From NCBI GenBank assembly GCA_020352775.1, contig CP070684.1, positions 1,035,679 through 1,099,678 on the forward strand: a stretch of DNA of 64,000 nt, written 5' to 3'. The position numbers were made by a program, and so were the translations under genes. How positions within the stretch are numbered: the stretch's first letter is position 1; the number at the start of each line of letters is the position of its first letter. The notes beneath the pieces are model-generated. The model did no database searches. It saw only the letters and a list, made by a program, of their open reading frames with translations, and was not told the origin of the DNA. This document shows, piece by piece, positions 46,503-57,057 of this stretch. The DNA is from Candidatus Omnitrophota bacterium. Lineage in GTDB: Bacteria; Omnitrophota; Gorgyraeia; Duberdicusellales; 4484-171.

Positions 46503-48104
46503 ATGAAGGTTGCTTTAGCCCAGATCAATCCTTTTGTAGGAAATTTAGAAGAGAACAGCAATAAGATAATCAGCTATATCCGAAGAGCCCGGCAAATGGG
46601 CGCGGATTTAGTTGTTTTTCCGGAGCTGGCATTGGTAGGCTATCCTCCCGAAGACCTTTTGTTAAAACCCCACTTTATTGAGAAAAACATTCGCTGTCTC
46701 AAGGCGATAAAAAAAGAGTCAAAGGGCTTGGCGTCTTTAGTGGGGTTTGTGGATAAAAAGAAAGATTTAATATACAATGCCTGCGCGCTTATTCAGGATG
46801 GCCAGACAAGAGATGCCTATCATAAAATCTATTTGCCTAATTACGGTGTCTTCGATGAAAAAAGATATTTTACGCCGGGAGCGCATAGGCCTTTCTATGG
46901 ATTTAAGGGTTGCACTTTTACGGTAAGCATTTGTGAAGAAATCTGGAGTCAAAATTTTATAAATTCTTTAAAAGGGAAAAATCTAGATTTTGTGATAAAT
47001 ATTTCTGCTTCTCCTTTTCATCTGGGAAAAATTGCCGCCCGTGAAAAAGTCTTATCTGCGGCAGCAAAGCAGCTCAATTCATTTGTGCTTTATTGTAATT
47101 TAGCAGGTGGTCAGGATGAGCTTGTTTTTGATGGAACCAGCGAGGTGTATTCGCCGCAAGGAAAACTTGCTGCTTGTGCAAAGAGATTCGCCGAAGACCT
47201 ACTTATTGTTAGCCTTGATCGCAAGAAAAAGTATCTTACAAAAAGAGGCTTGGTTAAAGAGGAGGAAGAGGCATTTTCAGCTTTATGTTTAGGGCTCGCT
47301 GACTATGTGCGAAAAAATGGGTTTAAAAAGGTTGTCATCGGGGTAAGTGGCGGCATAGATTCTGCAGTAACAGTTTCGTTAGCTGCTCTTTCCTTGGGGA
47401 AAGATAATGTGCATGCTCTTATTATGCCTTCACCTTATACCTCTTCTGGTACCTTTGGTGACGCAAAGAAAATGTGCCATAATTTAGGAGTAAAGTATAC
47501 CGAAGTTAACATAGAAGATATTTTTAACTCTTATCTAAAGGCGTTTTCGCCATTTTTTAAAAAAGGAAAAACCAACAAAGCAGAGGAAAACATTCAGGCG
47601 CGCATTAGAGGAAATATCCTTATGGCTTTTTCCAATAAATTCGGCTATTTGGTATTGAATACCGGTAATAAAAGCGAAGTCTCTTGTGGCTATTGCACTC
47701 TTTATGGGGATATGGTAGGTGGATTCGGGGTGTTAAAAGATGTACCCAAGCTCCTAGTCTATAAGCTGGCCCGTTATATAAATAAAAAAGAGGGACGAGC
47801 CATAATACCAAATTCAGTATTGCAGCGGCCTCCCTCAGCAGAACTAAAGCCAAACCAGCTAGATACGGATGCCCTGCCTCCTTATCAATTACTTGATCCT
47901 ATTCTTAAATTATATGTGGAGGAAGATTATTCTCTGGATAAAATTGTAGAGAAAGGATTTAAAAAGGATTTAGTCAGGGGAGTCATTAAAATGGTAGATA
48001 CTAATGAATATAAGCGGCGTCAGGCTCCGGTAGGAATAAAGATCACCCCTCGTGCTTTTGGAAAAGATCGGCGCATGCCCATCACCAATAGATTTTTTGA
48101 GTAG
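46503..48104 (+). CDS. nadE: Glutamine-dependent NAD+ synthetase
   Basis: Nitrilase domain (FPEL, YPPEDL, FDEKRYF, ICEE) plus synthetase domain (SGGIDS, NIQARIRG, TGNKSE, PSAEL); GTG at 46494 is an alternative start. Confidence 0.95.
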   Translation: MKVALAQINPFVGNLEENSNKIISYIRRARQMGADLVVFPELALVGYPPEDLLLKPHFIEKNIRCLKAIKKESKGLASLVGFVDKKKDLIYNACALIQDGQTRDAYHKIYLPNYGVFDEKRYFTPGAHRPFYGFKGCTFTVSICEEIWSQNFINSLKGKNLDFVINISASPFHLGKIAAREKVLSAAAKQLNSFVLYCNLAGGQDELVFDGTSEVYSPQGKLAACAKRFAEDLLIVSLDRKKKYLTKRGLVKEEEEAFSALCLGLADYVRKNGFKKVVIGVSGGIDSAVTVSLAALSLGKDNVHALIMPSPYTSSGTFGDAKKMCHNLGVKYTEVNIEDIFNSYLKAFSPFFKKGKTNKAEENIQARIRGNILMAFSNKFGYLVLNTGNKSEVSCGYCTLYGDMVGGFGVLKDVPKLLVYKLARYINKKEGRAIIPNSVLQRPPSAELKPNQLDTDALPPYQLLDPILKLYVEEDYSLDKIVEKGFKKDLVRGVIKMVDTNEYKRRQAPVGIKITPRAFGKDRRMPITNRFFE

Positions 48105-48120
48105 AGGAGAAGGAGGAGAA

Positions 48121-48651
48121 ATGCGAAGAACTAGACCAAAATTTTGGGTTTTATTTTTTTTGGTGTTCATGGCCTGCGGTGCAGATGCCTTTTCTTTAGA
48201 AATAAGGAGCAGTGCCTTTAAGGACGGTGACTATATCCCTGCCAGATATACCTGTGAATCAGTAGATTTTTCTCCTCCCTTGGTCTGGAGCGATATCCCT
48301 GAAAGAACAAGAAGCTTTGCTCTTATTTGTGATGACCCTGACGCCCCTTTTGGTACCTGGGTGCACTGGGTAATTTTTAATATTCCCCCCACTGTCAGAT
48401 ATCTTGAAGAAAATGCAGCAGCAAGAGGAAAACTTCCTAAAGGCACAAAAGAAGGAATAAATGATTTTCGAAGAATTGGTTATGGGGGGCCGTGTCCTCC
48501 GCGGGGCAAGCCGCACCATTATATTTTTAAGCTTTATGCTTTGGATACGGTTTTGCCTCTAGAAAGAGGCGCAACAAAAAAAGATTTAATAAATGCAATG
48601 CAAGGGCATGTTATTGCCCAAGCGCAAATAACAGGTCTTTATAAACGATAA
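48121..48651 (+). CDS. YbhB/YbcL family PEBP (Raf-kinase-inhibitor-like) protein, exported
   Basis: Signal peptide, DDPDAP, WVHWV, YGGPCPP, HHYIFKLYALD. Confidence 0.9.
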   Translation: MRRTRPKFWVLFFLVFMACGADAFSLEIRSSAFKDGDYIPARYTCESVDFSPPLVWSDIPERTRSFALICDDPDAPFGTWVHWVIFNIPPTVRYLEENAAARGKLPKGTKEGINDFRRIGYGGPCPPRGKPHHYIFKLYALDTVLPLERGATKKDLINAMQGHVIAQAQITGLYKR

Positions 48652-48688
48652 ACCCTAACAACAAATATTTAGTAGCACGTAAAAGTGA

Positions 48689-50234
<1,546 letters not shown>

Positions 50235-50268
50235 GTTGTTAATATAGTGAACAAAAATCAGTACTTTT

Positions 50269-50345
50269 CGCGGGGTGGAGCAGTCAGGTAGCTCGCAAGG
50301 CTCATAACCTTGAGGTCGCTAGTTCAAATCTAGCCCCCGCAACCA
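50269..50345 (+). tRNA. Initiator tRNA-fMet (CAU), CCA encoded
   Basis: CGCGGGG acceptor with C1:A72 mismatch; anticodon arm CAAGG-CTCATAA-CCTTG; T loop TTCAAAT; ends ACCA. Confidence 0.93.
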
Positions 50346-50357
50346 TGTTATAAACAT

Positions 50358-50388
50358 AAGGCTTACGGTGATACCGTAGGCCTTTTTT
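50358..50388 (+). terminator. Rho-independent terminator after tRNA-fMet
   Basis: AAGGCTTACGGT-GAT-ACCGTAGGCCTT stem followed by a T tract. Confidence 0.85.
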
Positions 50389-50477
50389 ATTGATCATAAT
50401 AAACCCTTGTATCTGTAAAAAAATAGAGATAAAATATACCAAGTATTTTAAGGGTGATTTAAGCTAAAGGAGGTAAA

Positions 50478-51002
50478 ATGAAGGAATTGCATAGACCAAT
50501 GACTATTGCACTTGCCGCACTGATTTTCTTGGGATTTTTTCTTCCTTGGGTAAGCGTAGAATCAGAACAAGCCGGCTGGTTCACAAAGATTATTTCCGGC
50601 AAAAGCCAGGAGAAGATCGCTACGATCAGTGGTTTTCAGGTGCCAATAATGGCTAACAGTGAGGAGTCTCGTCTCATTATCACAATTGCAAAAATATTCA
50701 ATCCTGGTATTGAGGGGGTGGATAAGAAAAGTTTTGCGATATGGATCATTCCTATTTTGGCTATAATTTTTGCTCTTTTAGTTCATTTCTTAGAGAAGGA
50801 TAAATGGGTTAACCTTGCCATTGGCGTAATCGGAGTTTTGATATTTGTCATTGCGGTTTTTAAGATACAGACCACCGATTTAGACAAAGCAATTCTGCGG
50901 GTCAGAATTGGCTTAGGTCTTTGGCTTATTCTCTGGTCTTATTTGATTATGGGTATCTTATGTCTTGTGAGGTTTAAGGAGTTGATAAAGAGTGAAAGCT
51001 AA
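50478..51002 (+). CDS. Hypothetical membrane protein (about 4 TM)
   Basis: Strong SD AGGAGG; FFLPWV; hydrophobic segments; candidate promoter TTGTAT-17-TAAAAT at 50407-50435. Confidence 0.7.
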   Translation: MKELHRPMTIALAALIFLGFFLPWVSVESEQAGWFTKIISGKSQEKIATISGFQVPIMANSEESRLIITIAKIFNPGIEGVDKKSFAIWIIPILAIIFALLVHFLEKDKWVNLAIGVIGVLIFVIAVFKIQTTDLDKAILRVRIGLGLWLILWSYLIMGILCLVRFKELIKSES

Positions 51003-51132
51003 GGTGGGTAATATCCCATTTTGCTTTTAAAATATATAGATTTGCTCGTTTTGGAGGCTCAAAAGAGCTTGACGGGCTAGGGTAATTGTGATACCCTAAC
51101 ATTTGCTAAATTATAATTAAAAAGGAGGTATT

Positions 51133-51783
51133 ATGAAGAGAAGCACAACGCCTTTTATTCTGTTAGTTTTAACTATTTTTTTAGTAAATGGATGCGCATT
51201 TGTAGTTCAAAAGGGCAGGCGTTCTGACTTGGAAAAGATATATTCTTTGCGAAGCGAATTGGATGAGTTAAGCAGGGCAAGGGGTGTTTTAGAGCGAAGA
51301 CTGTCTAAAGAAATAAGAGATGAGCAGGTGCGTTTAAAAATGGCAGAAAAAGGCTTAGTGATTGCCTTTGTAGCTGAGATTCTTTTTGATTCTGGTAAGG
51401 CAATGCTAAGGTCTGAAAGCTACCCTGCGTTAAGTAAAGTTGCCCGGATATTGAAAGAAGAAGTTCCGCAAAATCGCATTGGCATCGAAGGCCATACTGA
51501 TAATGTGCCTATTAAACGTTCCAGATGGAAATCAAACTGGGAATTATCCGCCCATCGTGCTTTAAGTGTGCTTCATTACTTAGAGGAAAACGGTGTTGGT
51601 GCTGGAAGGTTATCTGCGATCGGATACGGAGAGCATCATCCGGTAGCAAGCAACAACACCAAGCAGGGAAAACAGCTTAACAGAAGGGTGGAAATCGTAA
51701 TATTACCCAAAAGAGGCGTAGCGCGTGTTGATAAAGAGCGTTTGGAAGAGGAAAATTTTGAGTTTGAAGAAGAGCTGAAATGA
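51133..51783 (+). CDS. OmpA/MotB-family peptidoglycan-binding lipoprotein
   Basis: Lipobox-like LVNGC; coiled coil; ILFDSG, IEGHTDNVP, NWELSAHRA, NRRVEIVI. Confidence 0.85.
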   Translation: MKRSTTPFILLVLTIFLVNGCAFVVQKGRRSDLEKIYSLRSELDELSRARGVLERRLSKEIRDEQVRLKMAEKGLVIAFVAEILFDSGKAMLRSESYPALSKVARILKEEVPQNRIGIEGHTDNVPIKRSRWKSNWELSAHRALSVLHYLEENGVGAGRLSAIGYGEHHPVASNNTKQGKQLNRRVEIVILPKRGVARVDKERLEEENFEFEEELK

Positions 51784-52115
51784 GAGACAACCCCTTAAGC
51801 GTGAGCCTTTTGCTTGGCATCATCGCGGTGTTGGTAATTGTGGGGGGTTCGAGTTTGATAAAGATGAAACTTATTGATGATGAGTATAGGGTTGAACTGA
51901 CTCAAAAATCTTCCATACGTATGACCATGGAGGAGGCTATAGAAGCTAACAGCACATTACAAGCAGAGAATGAGACTCTTAAGAAAAACGTAGATGCATT
52001 AACATTGCAGGTAGAATTCTTAAGCGAAGATCTTGAAAAATTAAAAGAAATCAATCAGAAATTGGAAAACAGCCTGAAAGAAGCATTGATAAAGCAGAAG
52101 TTAAAGGGAAGGTAG
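51780..52115 (+). CDS. Membrane-anchored coiled-coil hypothetical protein
   Basis: ATGA overlap with the motB-like gene; TM helix followed by heptad repeats. Confidence 0.65.
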   Translation: MRDNPLSVSLLLGIIAVLVIVGGSSLIKMKLIDDEYRVELTQKSSIRMTMEEAIEANSTLQAENETLKKNVDALTLQVEFLSEDLEKLKEINQKLENSLKEALIKQKLKGR

Positions 52116-52144
52116 TAAAAACAAAAAGAGCCTGTGTTTTTAGG

Positions 52145-52171
52145 AAGGGGGCATATGCCCCCTTAATTTTT
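52145..52171 (+). terminator. Palindromic hairpin, probable terminator before uppS
   Basis: Perfect palindrome AAGGGGGCATATGCCCCCTT followed by AATTTTT. Confidence 0.6.
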
Positions 52172-52204
52172 AGTAGGCCCGAAGCGATGCGGCAAAATAA
52201 TTAA

Positions 52205-52903
52205 ATGAAGATACCCAAGCATATTGCGATAATCATGGATGGTAATGGCAGGTGGGCTAAAGATAGGGGCTTACCGCGCTTTGAGGGGCATAGAGAAGGC
52301 ATGGAAAGAGTGCGGGAAGTTATCCGCCAGGCCCAACGTCTGGGGGTGAAGGCTATTACTCTTTTTGCTTTTTCGACCGAGAACTGGGATAGACCGCGCT
52401 CTGAAATAAAATTTCTTTTCTCAAGCCTTGAGAAGTTTATCGATAAGTACCTAAAAGAACTCCAAGAGAATGATATAAAATTACAAATGATAGGCCGCAG
52501 GGATCGTATTGATAAAAAAGTTATAAAAAGAATAGAAGAAGCAGAGAGAAGCACCAAAGAAAATAAAAGTTTTCTTATCAATGTAGCTTTGGATTATGGA
52601 GGAAGATGGGATATTGTCGAAGGGGCAAAAAAACTTTTGGCAAATTGTAGGAGTGGTGTTATATCAGAAGATGATATCGATGAGGCTTCCTTTTCAAAAT
52701 CTCTTGCCTTGGCAGACATTCCCGACCCGGATCTCCTCATAAGAACTTCAGGTGAGCAGCGCATAAGTAATTTCTTGCTTTGGAACCTGGCTTATGCTGA
52801 GCTTTATTTTCCAGAGGTGTTCTGGCCGGAATTTAATGGCAGCGAATTAAAAAAGGCAATCAATGCCTACGGGCAGCGTCAAAGAAGGTTTGGAGGCGTA
52901 TGA
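52205..52903 (+). CDS. uppS: Undecaprenyl diphosphate synthase
   Basis: HIAIIMDGNGRWA, FSTENW, DLLIRTSGEQRISNFLLW, RRFGG. Confidence 0.97.
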   Translation: MKIPKHIAIIMDGNGRWAKDRGLPRFEGHREGMERVREVIRQAQRLGVKAITLFAFSTENWDRPRSEIKFLFSSLEKFIDKYLKELQENDIKLQMIGRRDRIDKKVIKRIEEAERSTKENKSFLINVALDYGGRWDIVEGAKKLLANCRSGVISEDDIDEASFSKSLALADIPDPDLLIRTSGEQRISNFLLWNLAYAELYFPEVFWPEFNGSELKKAINAYGQRQRRFGGV

Positions 52904-53691
52904 CTAAAAGAATACTTACTGCTTTTATCTTAAGTCTTATTACTCTTTTTGCCGTAATATACTATCCTTTATGTGGGATAATGGTTACGTCACTTACCCT
53001 CATTGCGCTTTATGAATTTTTCTATATGGTAGAGAAAAAAGGGGTGCGGCTGTTTAAGCCTTTTGGGCTTTTGGTGGGAGCGTTTATTCCGGTTACAATT
53101 TATTTCAGTCTTCCCATAAAAGAAGGGTGGCAGTTTTTATTTATTGTTATCGGACTGTTCTTTTTATTTTCAGTTGAGCTCACAAAAAAAGAAAGGCCAC
53201 AACCGGTTCTTTCTATTTCGGCAACCGTGTTTGGAATTCTTTATATCGCATGGTGTTTTAGCTTTGTAATAAGAGTGCGTCAACTCCCTGAAGGAGCTTT
53301 GCTTACAGGGTTTTTGTTGGCAGTGACAAAGTCTTCTGATATCGGAGCATTTTTCTGGGGCAAGAAGTTTGGCAAAACCCCTTTGATTAAACGCGTAAGT
53401 CCGCAGAAATCGCGCGAAGGGGCTATCAGTGGATTTTCTACCAGTTTTATAATAGGTGTAATTTTTACTTTTTTTATCACCACTATTGGTTTTTGGGCCA
53501 AAATACTTATAATTATTATTTTGGCGTTAGTTTCCCAGTTAGGCGACCTCTTTGAGTCTCTCATAAAAAGAGATTGTCAAGTCAAGGATTCAGGAAAGAT
53601 TTTGCCTGGCATGGGAGGTGTATTGGATGTAATTGATAGTTTGATTTTTACTGCCCCCACGTTTTATCTTTACCTAACAATAATGCAATAG
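52900..53691 (+). CDS. cdsA: Phosphatidate cytidylyltransferase
   Basis: SPQKSREG, GDLFESLIKR, KDSGKILPGMGGVLD. Confidence 0.93.
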   Translation: MTKRILTAFILSLITLFAVIYYPLCGIMVTSLTLIALYEFFYMVEKKGVRLFKPFGLLVGAFIPVTIYFSLPIKEGWQFLFIVIGLFFLFSVELTKKERPQPVLSISATVFGILYIAWCFSFVIRVRQLPEGALLTGFLLAVTKSSDIGAFFWGKKFGKTPLIKRVSPQKSREGAISGFSTSFIIGVIFTFFITTIGFWAKILIIIILALVSQLGDLFESLIKRDCQVKDSGKILPGMGGVLDVIDSLIFTAPTFYLYLTIMQ

Positions 53692-53757
53692 ATACAGGTT
53701 TATCGTTTACCGCATTTAGACGGTGGATGAAGTGGATGAATAATATATAGAGTAAAG

Positions 53758-54909
53758 ATGGCAATGAAGAAAATATTAATTTTTGGCTCCAGCGGATCTG
53801 TCGGAAAGAGTGCGCTTAGTGTTATACGAGGGGCCCCTAAAGAATTTAAAGTGGTTGGGCTTTGCGCCAATCAGGACATAAAAACATTAAAGGAGCAGAT
53901 CAAAGAGTTTAAACCAAAGTATGTATGCGTGAAAGACGAGGCTGCAGCCAAAAATTTGCAAAAGACACTTAAGGGGGGAGTAAAACTTTTTAAGGGCGAG
54001 AACGGATTAAAGGAATTCTCTTCTTTAGGCGCTGATATTTCTGTGATGGCTATCTCTGGTATTTCTTGTTTAGTGCCGTTACTTACTAATATTAAGTATG
54101 TCAAAAGAGTTGCTTTGGCGAACAAAGAATCAGTAGTAGTTGCGGGAAAGTTGGTATTTCAGGAGGCGCGCCGCCACAATACCGAGATTCTTCCCGTTGA
54201 TAGTGAGATAAACGCTCTTTTTCAGCTACTGAATGACAAAGATAAGCAGTTGCAAAAAGTATATCTTACTGCTTCTGGCGGTCCTTTTTTTGATTATGAT
54301 AAAAAAGACCTAAAGCGCGTGGGGCCAAGAGAGGTTCTTTCACACCCCACCTGGAATATGGGCCGGCGCATCACAGTGGATAGTGCGACTTTGGTAAATA
54401 AAGGATTTGAGGTTATAGAGACACAGCGTTTTTTCAATATTGGCTTTGAAAGAATAGAGGTGGTTATTCATCGTGAATCCGCAATCCATGCTCTTGTTGA
54501 ATACGAGGATAATACAATGTTTGCCTGTCTTTATCCGCCTGATATGAAAATGCCGATTTCATTTTCTCTTTGTTATCCCCGCCGTGCTAAGGCCGCAAAG
54601 GGAGTTAACTTTGCTAAAGGATTTTCTTTCTCATTTGCGCCGGTGGATTACAAAAAGTATCCGTTACTTAAAATTGTTTTAGATACCGCTAGAAGAGAAG
54701 ATAATGGGCTTTGCGTGCTTAATGCCTGTGATGAAGTGGCAATACAATACTTTTTAGAAAAAAAGATAAAGTTTAGTGACATTCAAAAAGTGATGAAGCA
54801 TTTTTCTCAGCATTATCCTTCAAGAAAAATAAAGAGTATCGAAGATGTATTTTTTTGGGATAAATGGGCGCGGGATAAAGCAAAGGTATATTTAGAGAAG
54901 TTATGTTAA
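53758..54909 (+). CDS. dxr: 1-deoxy-D-xylulose-5-phosphate reductoisomerase
   Basis: GSSGSVG, LANKES, PVDSE, TASGGPF, HPTWNMG, DSATLVNKG. Confidence 0.95.
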   Translation: MAMKKILIFGSSGSVGKSALSVIRGAPKEFKVVGLCANQDIKTLKEQIKEFKPKYVCVKDEAAAKNLQKTLKGGVKLFKGENGLKEFSSLGADISVMAISGISCLVPLLTNIKYVKRVALANKESVVVAGKLVFQEARRHNTEILPVDSEINALFQLLNDKDKQLQKVYLTASGGPFFDYDKKDLKRVGPREVLSHPTWNMGRRITVDSATLVNKGFEVIETQRFFNIGFERIEVVIHRESAIHALVEYEDNTMFACLYPPDMKMPISFSLCYPRRAKAAKGVNFAKGFSFSFAPVDYKKYPLLKIVLDTARREDNGLCVLNACDEVAIQYFLEKKIKFSDIQKVMKHFSQHYPSRKIKSIEDVFFWDKWARDKAKVYLEKLC

Positions 54910-56006
54910 ATCTTATAATTTTTATCTTAATTTTAAGTGTGTTGATTGTTGTGCATGAATTCGGTCATTTTCTAGCTGCCCGGCGTAACGGCGTAAGAGT
55001 AGAGCGCTTCTCTATCGGATTTGGCACCCCCATTTTTAAACGTAAGGGTAAAGAAACTGATTTTTGGATTTGTGCCTTTCCCTTAGGTGGATATGTGAAG
55101 TTAGCCGGAGATATGCGTTCTGAATATCACGGCCATCCTTTTGAGTTTTTATCTAAGCCCATCGGCATAAAGATGAAGATTGTATTTTTTGGCCCCTTAT
55201 TTAATTTCATTTTTGCTTTTATTCTTTTTTGGGTAATGGGGGTAGTGGGGTTTCCTTATCCGGATACGGTGGTGGGAAAAGTGCTTGAGGAGTACCCTGC
55301 TTATGAGGCCGGTATCCAGGAGAACGATAAAGTAATTGAGATAAACGATGAGAAGGTTCAAAACTGGTTTGAGATGTCTGAAAAGATTTATCGCAGCCAA
55401 GAGATGATAACATTAAAAATAGAAAGAGACGGCCAGATACTGGATTTTAAGGTCCCCCTTAAAGAAAAAGAAATCAGCGATGCTTTTGGCAGAAAAAGAA
55501 CCGTGCCTATTGTAGGAATATCAGCCTCATCGAAAATAAAAATCGTAAAATATAATTTTTTTCATGCATTCTTTAAAGGAGTAGAGGCTACTTTGCGCAC
55601 TGCATTTTTTATCGTCAAAGGTTTTACCTTTATGATTTTAGGGATTGTGCCTTTTAAAGAGGCAGTGGCAGGGCCGTTAGGTATTTTTTATATCACCTCC
55701 GAAGCTCTTAAAATCGGGATCGTAGCGATTTTACATCTAATGGCAGTATTAAATGTGAGTTTGACAATCGTAAATTTGATTCCGTTGCCGCTTTTGGACG
55801 GAGGGCATCTTTTTCTTTTCTTTATCGAAAAGATACGAAAAAAACAAATAAGTGAGAGGACCGAAGATTTTATCACGCAGCTGGGCTTTATTTTAATTGC
55901 GTTTTTAATTGTTTTTGTGTTTTATAACGATGTTATCCGGTTTGGCTCTAAAATCTGGCATGGTAAAAGGCAAGAAACACAGCAAACCCTAGAGAGCAAA
56001 TCTTAA
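54903..56006 (+). CDS. rseP: RIP metalloprotease RseP
   Basis: HEFGH, FSIGFG, PLGGYVK, PDZ domain, NLIPLPLLDGG. Confidence 0.94.
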   Translation: MLNLIIFILILSVLIVVHEFGHFLAARRNGVRVERFSIGFGTPIFKRKGKETDFWICAFPLGGYVKLAGDMRSEYHGHPFEFLSKPIGIKMKIVFFGPLFNFIFAFILFWVMGVVGFPYPDTVVGKVLEEYPAYEAGIQENDKVIEINDEKVQNWFEMSEKIYRSQEMITLKIERDGQILDFKVPLKEKEISDAFGRKRTVPIVGISASSKIKIVKYNFFHAFFKGVEATLRTAFFIVKGFTFMILGIVPFKEAVAGPLGIFYITSEALKIGIVAILHLMAVLNVSLTIVNLIPLPLLDGGHLFLFFIEKIRKKQISERTEDFITQLGFILIAFLIVFVFYNDVIRFGSKIWHGKRQETQQTLESKS

Positions 56007-56007
56007 G

Positions 56008-57057
56008 ATGAATAGGACTGTAAAGATAGGTAATCTTAAAGTGGGCGGCAAAAATCCCGTACGGATAAAGGGTATGATTAAATCTGATGCCCGTAAGCCC
56101 CAGAGAGTTATTGCTGAGGCAAAGCGGTTAGAAGAGGAAGGGGTAGAGGCGATACGCATTGCCGTAAAAGAGAAGCAAGATCTAAAATTGCTTAGTCGTC
56201 TTAAACAACATGTATCGCTACCTTTGGTTGCTGATATTCATTTTAGCCCTGAGTTAGCGCTTCATTCTATTGAGTCTGGATTTGACGGGATACGCATAAA
56301 CCCTTTGAATATCACTAAAGAAGGCCAGATTAGAGAAATTGCAAGAGCAGCCAAAAAGCATAAAGTTTCTATAAGGGTGGGCATAAATTCCGGTGGCTTT
56401 AAGAGAAATTTTAAGAGTCCTCATTCTTTAGCGCAAGCAATGGTTAGGAAAGCCGAAGGGTGTCTTAAAATGTTGGAGAAGGAAAACTTCTTTGATATAA
56501 TGGTTTCATTAAAAGGGTCTGATATTGCTTCCACAGTCATCGCTAACAGGTTATTTGCGAAGAAATTCTCCTATCCCTTACATTTAGGGATTACTGCCAG
56601 TGGTCCTTTTTTGGAAGGCATTATCAAGTCTTCGGTGGGGTTAGGGATATTACTCTCTGAAGGTATCGGGGACGTTATCAGAGTATCGTTGACAGCTCCC
56701 TCCTTTTGGGAGATAAGAGGGGCAAAATATATTTTGCAGTCTTTGGATTTACGTAAATTCGGCCCTCAGATAGTTTCGTGTCCAACGTGTTCGCGCTGTG
56801 AGGTAGACCTTATCAATATTGTTGATAGGTTTAAAAAAGAGATTGGTAAAGCCGGTTTTAGCAAGCCGTTAAAAATCGCCCTTATGGGTTGTGTGGTAAA
56901 CGGGCCTGGTGAGGCTTATCAGGCTGATATCGGGATAGCGTTTGGCAAAAAAAAAGGGGCTATTTTTAGGAAAGATAAGATTTTAGGGTGGACCAATGAA
57001 AAAAATAGCGTAAGTGATTTATTAAAGGAGATTGATCGGATATGGACGAAAAATTAA
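56008..57057 (+). CDS. ispG: HMBPP synthase
   Basis: PLVADIHF, RINP, YPLHLGIT, GIGDVIRVSLT, SCPTCSR, MGCVVNGPGE. Confidence 0.94.
   Translation: MNRTVKIGNLKVGGKNPVRIKGMIKSDARKPQRVIAEAKRLEEEGVEAIRIAVKEKQDLKLLSRLKQHVSLPLVADIHFSPELALHSIESGFDGIRINPLNITKEGQIREIARAAKKHKVSIRVGINSGGFKRNFKSPHSLAQAMVRKAEGCLKMLEKENFFDIMVSLKGSDIASTVIANRLFAKKFSYPLHLGITASGPFLEGIIKSSVGLGILLSEGIGDVIRVSLTAPSFWEIRGAKYILQSLDLRKFGPQIVSCPTCSRCEVDLINIVDRFKKEIGKAGFSKPLKIALMGCVVNGPGEAYQADIGIAFGKKKGAIFRKDKILGWTNEKNSVSDLLKEIDRIWTKN

Noticed and set aside
50269-52200. Integrative element or prophage at tRNA-fMet
   Set aside because: No integrase and no duplicated tRNA 3' end (att site) seen downstream
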